Below are positions 45,601 through 59,117 of a stretch of 64,000 bases of DNA, piece by piece (positions within the stretch are counted from its first letter, which is position 1; each line of letters opens with the position of its first letter). The position numbers were made by a program, and so were the translations under genes. Source of the stretch: Fimbriosthenelais zetlandica (lineage: Eukaryota); NCBI GenBank assembly GCA_977030845.1, contig OZ365116.1, forward strand, positions 20,956,001 to 21,020,000. Reading direction: 5' to 3'. The notes beneath the pieces are model-generated. The model was not told the origin of the DNA and searched no databases. It saw only the letters and a list, made by a program, of their open reading frames with translations.

Positions 45601-48600
45601 AGGTGAGCAGGACATATAGATGGTGAGATATATGATACACTGTAAACATAGCTTACATTCCAACCTTTATGGCTGACATTATATGTCAAACAGTGTTCGC
45701 GCCTGGCAGCGATGGTAAAAAGCTATGATTGGGTCTCACCATTATTTAAATCATTAAGAGAGGAGGTGAAATGACGCCGCTGTTTTGGACAGGTGAACTT
45801 GGTGCTTGGTGACAGCGGAGGCTAAAACCGACCTGTTAAATCTGTAATCGATGGCTGGAATTACAGCCAGAGCTCTGTTGATTTTTACCATCTAACACTA
45901 TGGAGGATGTGATGGATCAGATGCAGTGCTTTTCATGAATTATCCCAACAAAATAAGGTGGATTTTATTGGAAGTCTAAGTGAGCAATATAACTGCTGGT
46001 CTTAGTATTCTACCTTGACTTGATCACTGTGTCACTCACTAATATAGAATGATGTATACCGCCCTTCGTGCTAGTGCCCACTACACCCAGCCCTGTACTG
46101 TGCTGTATGACAAAATGGTCTAATATCTCAATATTGAAAATACAGAGAAAATACCACTATTGTTTGTAAAATCAGTGCTGCCCTTTCATTGGCCTCTGGA
46201 CGCGGATCAATGATTGTCCAGAATGTGAGGGTGTGTTGACGTCTGTGGTGGACGACGTGATTGATGGGTGGCTACACGTCCTTCATGAATCCTCGTCTTT
46301 CTATGGCTCCTCTAGCTGCCTGTCCACCTACCTTCTCTCTCGCCTGTCGTCTCTCTCGCCTGTCGTCTCATATAATTCCTGCCTCCATGTGCCCTGCATA
46401 CCGCACATTGCTCACCAACTATAGACGCTAGTCTGTAAGTAGTTCATGGAATAAGAGGTCCTGCGACGGCTTCCATTGTTATATGGCTGAGATTGGTTGG
46501 GGATGCGGCCATGCAGATATTATATTTATTGGTGCCTGGGATGAGATTTATCATCTAGATTTATATTATATGATACCGAAGGATGTCTCTGAGTTACGAT
46601 CCTCGTCAATTAATTCATAAATAAGACCAGTTGTGGTGCTTGGAACGCCAGTCATATTTGACTTTATGTTCTGGGGCAGGTCCATGCATTGTCTACATGG
46701 GATACCAATTGTGGAGGTCTCTTGCCACGTTACTCTCATTTGAGAGCATGTAGAGAGGTTTTGAATTGGCAATTTAAAGGTGACCGCTTCTTTGCCGTTG
46801 GCTAATTGATTGGCATTGAGAATCCCACCTCCGCCAGTACCGCCTGTTATTTCCCCATCCCTGATGTCAAATTGCTCTCACCGGTTCCAAATCTTCCTAA
46901 TTCAATATTTTATTCAGGGAATCCCTACACCGTTATCAACAATTCCTTAGCGGTTATCAGTGGCAGGATAATGAGACACTTGGTATGATGGTGATCCCAT
47001 GGTGATCCCATGGTGAAGGCTCAGGACCTCTGACGAACATGTGTATCACTAATAATTATGATTGATCTTAATGGGTGAGAATCAGTCTCCATCTCCCAGT
47101 ACACTGACATCGAGTGAGAGCATTTCACCCATCCCCATTGGTACCCCGACCCCTTTTTTTGCAAGCTGCGAGTGATTCCCTCATTGAATTGTCGTGTTAT
47201 TTAATTGATCCTATTGCGGTTAAGCATTTCTTTTTTTCAATATTATGTTTGGAATCATCAGAATTCATTTTGATTGAGGGAATGTCAGATTTCTTTGCAA
47301 AGTACTTTCCTGCAGCCCGGCGAGTAGGACAGTTAGTTTATTCTAGTAGGTACCGTGGAAGTTATACGTGTGGCCTTGATGCCAAAAGTGGACATTTTTG
47401 CTGTAATTTTAGCCTCGCCCTTGAATGTATTTATGCAGCAGCAGCGTAATTGTATTTACCGTCACTAAAATGTTGTTGGTAACTTACTTTTCAATGCTTC
47501 AGTGTAACTGAATCTAGAAGAAATTGAATCATGCTTGATATAAAAACTTACCTACCCGCGGTAAGAATATGATACATTGTGCTGTCACACATCTCCTCTC
47601 CCTGCCGCCACAACACCCACCATTCATCTTCACATCATTTGCCCATTTGTTTTTGTTTGTGCTGTGCCAGCAAGAATTGATGTAATATGTGTATTATGAT
47701 AGGAGGTGAGTTATGGCCGGACATGCCTTCATATTTCCCTTATCACTCCCTCTTTGCCGGTCTCTATCTTCTTTATTGTCATTATAGCACAAGACTTGCT
47801 GTGGAATCAGCAGCAGAGGAAGATAAAGTCAGAAGAGAGTGCAATTGGTTCTTGCAATAAAGACAGAAAATAAGCAGTGGTCTGGATGAAATGAGCTAAT
47901 CTAATCACCGTGAGCGCCTCACTGCCTCCACCCAACTGCTCCTGTCCAGGTCGACCAATTCATCCTTGGGCAAGCATCGGATTTGTTTGATTTGCTTTTC
48001 ATATGGGACCCTTTACATTTAGTTATGTTCATTATACTAAATGGGTTATCTTGCCATCAGTTTTTACCCCATTCCTTCCCGTATTCATTCAGACATTTCC
48101 TCATATTTATTGGGAAAGTAATGTGAAATAAATTGTGATTTTGATTGTGTTGAGCACGAGCTCCCTGTTTAAAAGCTAATGTGGTTTGTGCTCTATCTGA
48201 ATGGATTTATACAGGACCTAACGTAGTTATAGGCCCTGGGAATTTAAAGGATATATTGGAGATGGGAAGTAAATGAAATTATATACAAGAGGGTTATGGT
48301 AGAGTGGGGGTAGGAGCAGTAAGTGATGGGAGATACTCTGAATTATCCTCCCTATCATAATCATAGAGGACTAGGTTGAGGTAGGAGGAGTCAATGATTG
48401 GGTATAGTGGATGGTTTGTATCTGTCTGGCTGTAACTGATCTGCTTGGTGGTAAGCTGATCTTACAGTGTGAAGCCTGGCCATACCTGGCATATCCTGGC
48501 CAACAAGCTAATACTGAGAGGAAGGCTAATCCCGCTCCCACACCCTCATAATCCCATCTACTCCTCCACCCACCAATAACACATTACTCCACTTTTTCCT

Positions 48601-51600
48601 CACCAAAAAGTACAGCTCTCTTTCATTCATCAGCTGCTGGAATTAATTATTAGAAAGCTAGGAGTCTGTTATACTGGGGGAGCTTCCTCCTGAGAGCTAG
48701 ACTGGCATACACCCCCTGTGATAAAGAACTTAACACCAATTTCATGAACATTTTAATCATTGCCTCCAAACTGTTAAAGGGATGACAAATCGCCTTTATG
48801 TACACTTTTCCGTCTTAGAAGGCTTGAGGATCATTCTGTCTTCTGATCAACTGTAGTCTACTTATTCAGCATCTGGGCTCTGGACCCTTCACTGTCCGAT
48901 CTCCCATGGCTTTAAACTATGTCTATTTTAGATGATGCGTGAGATAGTGTTAAAGAACTGTAACCAGCCTTCTGTGTCAAAGTGTCTGTGGCAATCTACA
49001 GAAGGACCAAAGCTAAAGTCAGTAGAGATGTAGGTGAAGGAGGGACGGGTGGAGGACTTATTCAGCCATCTTGATAGGCAGGGAGCAGTATCAATTATCT
49101 GAGGCTGAGTGTTTGGGCAGTAAGCCCAGGCTGGCCAGTTAATGGAGGCTTTATTTCCTAATTACCTCACCTGTGCTTGATAGATGGCCAACCTGGCGGG
49201 CGCTGACATCCGGACCAGCCCGCTATGGTCTCTGGGTAATGGGAGCCTTTAACCCCTCCACTAACTATTGCTTTCTCTCAAGCCTTTGTATTACAACCCT
49301 TGCCTCTCAATTTACACTCCCTGGTTATTTTCATCATTATCGGCTGAACTTGGCTTTAACACTGGTCTAACTCAGATCAGGTAGTATCTCTGTCGCCACA
49401 ATCACATTCCTTTTCAATTAGACCAAACCAAGACGAGGAAATATAGCATGTGAGTGATAATGATGAAGCCATGGATTCCGTGGCTGGTTTGGCTCATTCT
49501 GATTAATGATACCATGGTAGAAAGCTGTTCATTGCTTCATTCTGAATTATATATTGGCCGTGATTTAGAGTGCACAGTAAGATTCAGCCGAAATTAGCAT
49601 CCTAGTTCTTACTCCACTGACAACTCCTTCCAAATCAATCATGTCATCAAGCGAGAAGGCCATATATCGCACGCCATCAGAGATACTACATAATTAGAAT
49701 GGACTGCGTTCCTCTGCATGTCTGGGGATCTTTAATTAAATCAAATCCCCGACAGAGAGGTGGTAATGTCCTCCTGGCTTAGCTTCCTGTCCATGTCATT
49801 CCTGATACGCTCAAATTCTTTGAGGAGATTTTGCTCCAGTTGTCAATTAAGTTGTCAGTAATTGGCGTTCAATATCTGTCCAAAAGATGCAACTACATTG
49901 CAAATCCATGTATACCAATGACACATGTATAGGGTCTAGTAGTTGCTAATCTTTCGAACTCAGACTTTAGATATAAATATTGGCTAGATTTTGCACATTT
50001 CTCGAAATAAAGCTGTAAGAAATGGTCCAATTACTTGGCGCCGTTCCATGAATGAATATTTAATGAAATGAGTTGAAAAGGTTTAAGCTTAATGGAACAT
50101 GTGGCCTGTGAGAGCCGTTTGAGAGATTGATGTGGGTTAATGTTGTTACAGTGTTAAAGGCAGTGGCAAAAATTAGATTGCTGGTGGGAGATAAATTCCA
50201 AAGGTTGAAGTAAAATGTAATAGTGAGTTTGGGGTAGGAAGACGAGTACCAAGTAGACCTGATTAATTTTTAAGTGTATCGTGTTCCCATCAGAGTATAT
50301 AATGGGATTATGGCGGTGTTTTATGATTGAATGTCTGTTAGAATGATCAGGGTGTAGTCGGGCTTCCAGTAGGACATTCACCCAACCATTCCCCAGTACA
50401 AACAGCTGAGTCAGCAGTTACCCTCATCATCTGATTGTAGTGAGGACCCATGACTAGCGGGGATCACTCTAACCACACTCAGATTCGCCTCACTTCTCAC
50501 TCTCCCAATCCACCACCAACCACTAAGCCATACAGGCCTATATAGTCCTCCTCTCTCTACTATAAATAGAAACACATTCCTACTCCTTGTAGAGACAGAG
50601 CCTCGAGCAGTTGCCATCTTTGTGTACCTGCTCTAACCATGCAGTGAGCTGCTCCTCTACCACTCTCCTCATTGCTGCTTCACATGTAAAATCCCCGCGG
50701 CCTCAATAAAGACTCTTCTGCTAATTAGATTCCTTTCTCGCCAACTATCTGTCAACTTTTAATCAACATTTTACTCCTGTTTTTGCTGAAGACTCCGTAG
50801 GCCAGAAGGAAATCTCTCCTGACAGGAGGAGTATTGTTAGCAGGAAGTTTGAGCAAAAATGCAATTAGCAATCAAGGATAATTAGATTTTGATTAGTAAC
50901 AGTATCTTCTTCAGATTCAGATTCTCCTAAATTTTCTTATTCCTGTTAATTTCTTTAATGAGCTATGTTGCAATGAACAACTTGGAATCTTAATTATCCT
51001 ATTCTAGTTCTAATCCTGTATATGGACCGAAGGTGGGAAGACATTCTAACAGCTAATGCTTCAGAACAGAGATAGAAGGTCAATACTTGTATCTACCCAT
51101 CAAAATACTGCACCTATTTCCCAATTGACCCACTGTATGATACCATCACCAATTGACCCAGTATATAGAGGATCAATAGCGAGTCCCGGGAATATTGTCC
51201 ATGGCCGAGTGATTGGCGACTTAACCTCCTGTAGCGGGATGGGGATGATCCACACCAGATTAGCATGCTTGGCTCTATACCATGCCATCCAATCCCTGAC
51301 GACCGATGTGAAAAGTGGAAGTAAGTAGTGTAAAGGATAGGGGATTAGTGTCAGGCTGGGTATGGAGGGCACCATACATCCCCCACTATAGTTCTATCTG
51401 ATAGAGCGGGTGGAGTGATGGTCCTGGTGGAGCTGGTGGGGCTGGAGGTGGGCAGGGTCTCCAGGGTAGATGTACTTCATATCTGGATTCACACAAAGGG
51501 GCGTTTAGATGAGATAGAGTGCGTCCTGTGGGGGATGTTTGGATGATGGGTGGGAGAGAGCAGGGAGCAGATTTGACGTGATTCCGGGTGTAGTGTAGGC

Positions 51601-51846
51601 CTTAACAACCAGAGTGGGAAGCTGGTCCCGGTTAATAAAACGGGCTTACACAGCCAGAGATTGTACAGGAGAATGGATCTGGTACTGTGGGGTAGATAGC
51701 TGTGATTTGAATTAGGATGTAATGGGATATTCATACGAGAGTGAGAAGATTTGAGTTGAGTGTCTTTCCTGATGGTCTATTACCTCCCTCTCTTACAGAT
51801 AGACTGGGTATTTTCTGAATTGGAAAGATAGGGAAAAAGATGGTAA

Positions 51847-52273
51847 GAAGGCAGGGTGAGAGGGGTAGAGGCATGTGAAGGCAGGGTGAGAGGGGGTAGA
51901 GGCATGTGAAGGCAGGGTGAGAGGGGGTAGAGGCATGTGAAGGCAGGGTGAGAGGGGTAGAGGCATGTGAAGGCAGGGTGAGAGGGGGTAGAGGCATGTG
52001 AAGGCAGTGTGAGAGGGGTAGAGGCATGTGAAGGCAGGGTGAGAGGGGTAGAGGCATGTGAAGGCTGGGTGAGAGGGGGTAGAGGCATGTGAAGGCAGGG
52101 TGAGAGGGGTAGAGGCATGTGAAGGCAGGGTGAGAGGGGTAGAGGCATGTGAAGGCAGGCTGAAGGAGGTAGAGGCATGTGAAGGCAGGGTGAGAGGGGG
52201 TAGAGGCATGTGAAGGCTGGGTGAGAGGGGGTAGAGGCATGTGAAGGGAGGGTGACAGGGGGTAGAGGCATGT
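51847..52273. repeat. G-rich minisatellite, 14 copies of a 30/31-bp unit GAAGGCAGGGTGAGAGGGG(G)TAGAGGCATGT
   Basis: Units parsed by hand; length differs only in the G4/G5 run, plus a few point variants; no spacers. Confidence 0.97.
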
Positions 52274-55200
52274 GAATGTGGAGGGTAGACGGATGTAAGA
52301 TCATTAACAGAAGGAAGTGCTCCAGGCACTGGTTCAAGATGGTGGATGGATGAGTGGCCGGGAGGAGGAGGACATGACCCTGGAGGAGGAGCAGGAGGAT
52401 CTATCATCATACACTGTCTCTCTACTTGTCACTGCCACCTTCTTAATCACACACCATTGATAGCTTCTATACTTCTCTATATGAGGATGTCTTGACTGAT
52501 GATAATATATCAGCATTATCTCTATCTATGTTGGCATCATGTACATGGTCCGCATATAGTTAGCTTCTCCCTCTATCTACTCTTCACACACTTTCTTTAC
52601 AGAATGTATATGAATTTCGCCGCTATAAAGTTTGAGAGGTAATCCCGTGAGGGAGTTTTTCACTCCTGCACACCCGTTGGTCCGTGTATATATATGGTGG
52701 TGCCATTTTCCCCCTGCCCCCGTTCCCAGCTCTAAAGCTGCAACATCAGCAGGAAATGTGAATGATGTGTCTTTGCTGACGAGATGTGAGTCCTGGGAAT
52801 CACGCTCTGGTTTGGAAGTGAAAAGCTCCTGAAAAATTTGGTTTCTCAGGGATTTAGATCAATCTTTGTGGAAGCGAGATTTCATGTTATCATATGGCTG
52901 GGTGATTGTACGCCTTGCTTCTGTGAAGCTTATAAGAAGCAAGCTTGAAATGGCAGCTTGTGGAATTGATCTGGGAACAGGTAGTGACATGGCGAGCCGT
53001 TACCACTTCTCCCGGGAGAATATCCATCATATATCTTCCCACCGACCAGGTTCCATGTCTTGTACAAGCACTTTCTGCTGATATATATGTGGCGGATAGC
53101 TTGCTTCCTTCCGGTGTACCATTTTCCTACTATATATAGCCATCCTGTACGTCCCTGGGGGATGCCCCTCCGAGCTGCTCCTACACTTAGATTGTTTGCT
53201 CAATTACAAGCAGAGATATTTTTACCGCGAGAAAACTTTGATCTTACTGTGACAGCGTGTCCACCTAAATCCGTGCAGTCCGGTGAACATCCATTTCACT
53301 TGTTTCAGCTCATATTATTCTGTGCACAATTCATTTTTCTTTGCTACTTGCGGAGCAAAGTGAAACGTCCAATATATCTTAGCCCGGGTGACTCCCATGG
53401 CAGGTCAGCAGTGAGAAAGGGAAGGATCTATGTCTGTGACTCGGAGAAGGCACATCTAATCCATGGTCAGCTCACCACAGCTCAGCTGGCAGGGCCGTGA
53501 TCCTTGCTCCGGCCCACCAGCCATTTGTCTCTTTCTGTGGCTTTAGTGTGCTGTGAGGAAGACCTAATCCCTCGACACCACCGCCAGGTTTTCACCTTTA
53601 TGCATACAGTTTAATCAGGCACACCCACTAAGCTTACACAGGCTTGCTAAGCTTGGCCACAGTATGTTGCCTTGTGGGATGCAACTCTGCAAACAGGACT
53701 TACTGGGTGTAGCTGCACTGGTCGTACCAGGCTCCAGGCTTTGTCAGCCTCCAGTCACACATTTGTGTATGGATTTTGTCCTGTCACTGGTCTTTGGTCT
53801 CAGATTAGTCACATATTAGTTCTGCTATATGATTTATACATGTCCTAAAGCCTATTCAAAATTGATGGATCAGGACTGTCGGCACCCATGAACTGGGCAG
53901 GTAGCAAGGTCCTGAACTATGTACATGAATCATGGTGAAAAATGAATTATATGTCCAACTGCCATAAAATGAAGGAATAAAAATGTCGGTATGGGAGATA
54001 TCTCGGGAGATATATATCGTATTCAAGTGAGGCTTTTATACAAACTTTCTACTCAACAAATGAAAAATATCTCATATGTGCACAATGCAATATTGGGGAT
54101 ACTTTGCTGGGAGGGTGAGCTGAGCCCATAACCTCATCGTCACTAAATCAGATCATGGACTTAGCCACAGTTTCCATCTCATCCAATCGCCCAGCCTGGC
54201 GTTAGATAGGTCGTCAATATGATCATATAGCCTTGCCTTGCCTATCACGTTTCTCTGCACTATACGCCTCTGCCAGCTTGGGGTTACAATCTGCATACGT
54301 GAAGCCACGATTAATGTGGGTAAAAATCAGGGGCTGGCAGTTAGGGCAGCGAAGGCCCTGGCCCTATAATGCTCCTCCTTGGCAGGATTGTAAGCTTTCC
54401 TGCCATCCTGTAAGCAATTTGTCCTCCAGCACTTCGTGAACCCAGCCAAGTGTGGGCAGGCCCTGGATGAGTCTTACCTCCATACACACTCGTATCTTCC
54501 ACCTTTCCCAGCCTATCAGGGCGGCATTTATCATATACTTAGAGGTAAGTGGTACAAGAGGAAATACAGGGAAGATGTGGCCATTGTTGTGAGAATTTGA
54601 TTGGAAGCAAGAGGCTGGTGTGGTGCAGCAGCTCCCCGGCCTCCTCCACATATTAGATTCATCATCGTCCTGTGTAAAGCATATATCTGCCTCCAGGTCT
54701 CACCAGTAAAGTGGAACCTCTTCTGATAAGGCTGACAATTGCTGGCTCTGTTTGTCCTGCCTGGAGGAGGGCAGAGTCAGAATTGGTATCCGATATAACT
54801 GGTTACTGCCTGCCAGCATCACTGCCCCTCCAGGCTGCCCTTTCAGGCTGAAAGCAAACTGGAGATAAAGGCACGGAGTACATTCTGACTGAGGGCAATG
54901 TATTTAACCCCCGCTTTCTTGCATGATAGATCGACATAAATATATATTCAATGAAGTCGATGGAATAAAAAGAGTTCTACATTTTTATTGCTTATCTCTC
55001 GTATTGAATACATCTTAAACTGATACCAAATGTAGATAATTCATTTACGGTGATTCACGATTAGATACCCGATATTTATTCTGCAGTTTATATCCAATTT
55101 CTTAACCTAAATAATTAAGCTTTTAGTTATTATTTTTAGGCGAGCGGAAATCCATAGCATCTAATTCTTCAGATGTATTATCAGAAGCAAATGTTCCATG

Positions 55201-58200
55201 ATAGCCATTCTGATTCTTGTGATATTGATTCACGTTTCCTCCGTCCTATCTCTGTCGTGTTTCATCAACATTTTGGGAATGCTTCACTGGGAACTGCCAC
55301 AACCAATAAACATAGCCTCATTCTCTACTGAATCATTGACAGTGGCTAGTCCTACCGCCTGTTGCCATGGTAGCACACATAAGAAGTTGATCAATTAATG
55401 GCTATTGGATGTAGATCCTCATTTCCAGCGTCTCAGTGGTGGTCAGCCATGTTTGGATTACGTCTATATGTGGGACATTCACTATACCACATACTCACTC
55501 ATACTGTACAAAATGCCAATGGTCATATATGCAAATGTGAGGTGTGACAACGAGGCTGGGGTATTCATCTGAAGGAAAGCTTGCCTTTAAAGATGCACAC
55601 TTGGCGGTCATGGTGATATTGTGATTTGGGAGTAAGGCTTAGACATAGCAAGTTGTGGTAAAAGGTCATGACATTCAGTCAGCCTGACAATCACACGGCC
55701 AGAGTCTGGAGGATTATCTTACTCATCCTCCATATAGCCCGACATGTCCCCTGCCACCTTCACTCTCCTGCCCTCCCAATCTGAAAATGTCACAGGCAAT
55801 AGTTGAGATCTAATGACTTCTGACTATTAACTATCTCAATGTCCACAATACTCCATCTCTCTGTTTCATATCTCATTGAGGTCGCTTTACAGATTCATTG
55901 ATTTGGAACATAAAATTTATCGTTATCTTTCCTTTTTCCTTTCCTATAAGCTGTGTCATGTGTAGAATGCTGTCAGAAAGGACCTGGATTTCTGTGTGCA
56001 TTTACGCACAGCATTTCCTGTGAAGTAACGTAATAGTTAATTCATAATTATGAGTATTTAATGACATTATTTAAATATATATCCTGTCAGAGCTGACTCC
56101 AATTAACCAGAACTGTCCACTTTATGTTTTCTATCTTTATATGGCCTGCGCCTGGTTTATCGGTTGGGTTAAGTATGAGCTAACATTGTACTATCTGTAT
56201 ACTGGGCCAATATCTTGTGACATTAACTATCCAGCCCTCTATTGACCTGCTACTTATTGAATAACGACGTGCCACTTGAGCCTCCTCACTAGGTCTGCAC
56301 GCACCGTCAAAGTGAATGTCTCACACTGACAGGCCCAAGTATTAGTCTCAATATCTCTTACCTACCAGCCTGGAAAAATTTACTTAGAAAAACAACCACT
56401 AAGTCTGGACATATTTCTGCCATGAATTGCCACTTTCTTTGCATCTGTTTCTAGTGAAATCTGGCAGGCAGAAACTGGACATTAATTTTCCGTATTTAGG
56501 ATATATACACGGACTTAAAGGCCTTTCTATTTGACAAGCTTTAAACAGGCATGGAGGGACAAAAATGATTATATCCACTTGCTATTATTACACCAGAGCT
56601 GAAGGAAATCACCCTGGCTGACATGTATGATATTGGTAGTAAGGGTTATCACAATAGACAGTATTGAGCAGGCATGGCCGAGCTAGCTATAGTGGGAGAT
56701 AGGTGTTAAGTAGTGAGGGCCTCCTTCTAGAAGAGGACCTATTTACCTCCATTATATTCAGGCTTCTTGATGGTGTGGCACTAAAGATATGTGTGATGGG
56801 AATAGAGGGCAGGTTGAGTTAATGCGTGGCCATCATTTAGGAGGTGATGTATGTGGGCAGGCCGCCTCACAGGGCCCTTGTCAAAGCTGGCCCCGTTTGT
56901 CCTTGTTCTCCCGCTAAATGAAGGGATCAATGGTGGGAGGTGGAGGAGAGTGACTCTGAGCACATCCTGTCCTGGTGGAATCCACTGAGGGATGATAGTG
57001 CAAGATGAGGCCTGATAAAACTCACTTTTCCTGGCTCTTTCCCCCTCTGTAGGTTGGGCTACTACATTCAACACTCCCATACGTTCCTTTTTAGTTTCTA
57101 ATCTAAGACCGCTCACTGAGTTTAATGTCTCTCAAAAACGAGCAGGAAATGTAGCAGAAAGCACATCACCAAGCTCTAACATTACATTCTGCAGATTTCT
57201 ATAATGGTGCCAATATTTCACAGCTTATCTTAAGTGGAAGCTGATTTAAGTAAGCTCCTCCCAGCTGAAGATGGTCATCATAAAGGCATGTGAATTGAAG
57301 CTAGATCTGTATTGAGAGAAGTAACTCCCTTCCTGTCAGTATATGTATACATTTAAAAGCTGTAGCACCAAAGAACCTCCCTTCAGTGCTCTTAACATTA
57401 AACAAGCTTCTTCACAATCGATTGTTCCCTTGCTTTGGAATCCAACATCAAAAAAGAATGTGGCTGAATGAATACTCTGAAAGGGGGAAGAATGCCTCTG
57501 ACTAACTGTTAGGCGCTGAATCTGCTTCCATTGTTGCGTCGGCCAGGATTGATTTTCACTTTTCACTTAATGTTTATTCTCCACTGAAAGCAAAAGCCAA
57601 ATTCCACCCAGACTGCAAACTGGTTCTTTCACATCAACATTTCCCAGTTTTCTGATTAAATCTGAATGCTGTCAGTTTTGACTGGCTTTGAACTGTAAGC
57701 TGGGCTCCATTCTGTTCCCTGCCTATTATAAATATCCCAGCTTAAATATCCGCCCTACATTCATGGTCTGGAGCATATAAACCTTCACCTATACATGTAT
57801 GCTGTGTTGACATAGATTTTCAAGAATGACTCCACTGCACAGATCTGATTACCTTTTAAAAATTTTGAATAATGGGGTTTAGTGATTTTTTCATTTTGAT
57901 GATGAATTTTGTGCATGTTTCACAGCATGGGTTAACTTCCCAATGTCAGAGCATCAGGTTCCCCGCTGATAATTGCCCGTTCTCTGGTCTGAGGTATGCA
58001 CACTAATGCATGGGCATTCAGGCCTCACTGCTACAAACTATCAGAGGCATTATGCCGTTAGTTGATGCCTTGGATGTTCAGTGGATTAAAACTGTTGTAA
58101 TACATTAAGGATTTTCTGCAAAGCAACTTTTAATGAAATTATCTTTTAAGAACCCATGCGGCATGTCCAGAGTTTTCTGGGCTAATTGTTATAAACATCT

Positions 58201-59095
58201 CCAGAAAGTAAAGTAATGTATTGGCGTTCATTAATTGGCTGGTCTACTACACACTCCCACTACATACACATGTCTCAAGCCAGAGGCAAGAACCTATTCA
58301 ATTTTTCTCACTACCGGAGGCTCCACCTGAGAATAGATTAGATAATCCTTTTTTAATGTACAGCTTGCAGAGAGCTAGGATAAAAGGTAACATTATGGTC
58401 AGTGTAAGGCATGCATTGCCTTGGAATGCTGCTCAGGCCTGGCCAGCCAGCCTAGAGGTACAGCTCTCCCGAGAACTCAAGGGTAAGTGGTCTGTCTTGG
58501 GGCGAGCAGAAAATGAGCAATAGGTCCATGGTGAGCAGCTCGGGTCTTCAATTGCGGCCCTTTATATGATGACCACTGGTAGTTCTGTGGAGTAGAGATC
58601 AATAATTTAGCCTGAAGCCTCTCCCCCGATCATATAATGACTGTGGACCCTAGATGCACCTTGGGTGGCCAGCAATCTTTATCCTTTTTTTGGCTGCCAC
58701 TGTCCTCCAAGCAGCTGACTTACATCCCTCCCAAAGTCCGCTTTGCCTTTAAAACCAATCCAAGTGATGACCATAAAATGACTTCTATTACCTCTCTCCT
58801 GGCTTCATGGAGATTAACTGTGGCATTTGAAATAACAAGGATGTTCTTTAGTAAAGAACGATATTGCTCGGATTTTGCTCCCCCTGCCCTCACCCCATCC
58901 CAACCTTCCAATCTCCCCGCCCAATTCCAGCGCCTGATTTTTCATCAGTGAACACACTCTCCCCTCAGACTGGCCTTGCGTGGCCCCTGTCCAACTTACC
59001 CATCACATTTCCATTTATCAATTCAAAGAGAGTCTGTGCTACCCTGTGATTTCAAGAGCTGTCTATCATATTTAAATGTAGATTTTCGTCTCGGT

Positions 59096-59117
59096 GGGGG
59101 CGGGGGGGGGGGGGGGG
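59096..59117 (+). repeat. Poly-G tract (G5-C-G16)
   Basis: Direct reading. Confidence 0.85.

Noticed and set aside
51731-52410. Three long minus-strand ORFs (169-205 aa) with HPAFTCLYP/LTLPSHASTP repeats
   Set aside because: Products of the stop-free minisatellite, switching frame with each 31-bp unit; no splice or homology support. Also not a CRISPR array, since there are no spacers.
52560-52640. Strong acceptor at 52602 with a 36-nt candidate exon
   Set aside because: Donor (GTAATC) is weak and it would give an immediate stop in DAGLA phase; pyrimidine tracts of this kind are common here (also 43950-44022).
55198-55398. Hydrophobic ORF considered as DAGLA exon 2
   Set aside because: No convincing phase-2 acceptor and no DAGLA-like motifs following the first TM.
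57790-57945. Possible MITE ending in GGGTTAA
   Set aside because: Only ~8 bp of imperfect inverted match, no clear target-site duplication and no second copy in the window.
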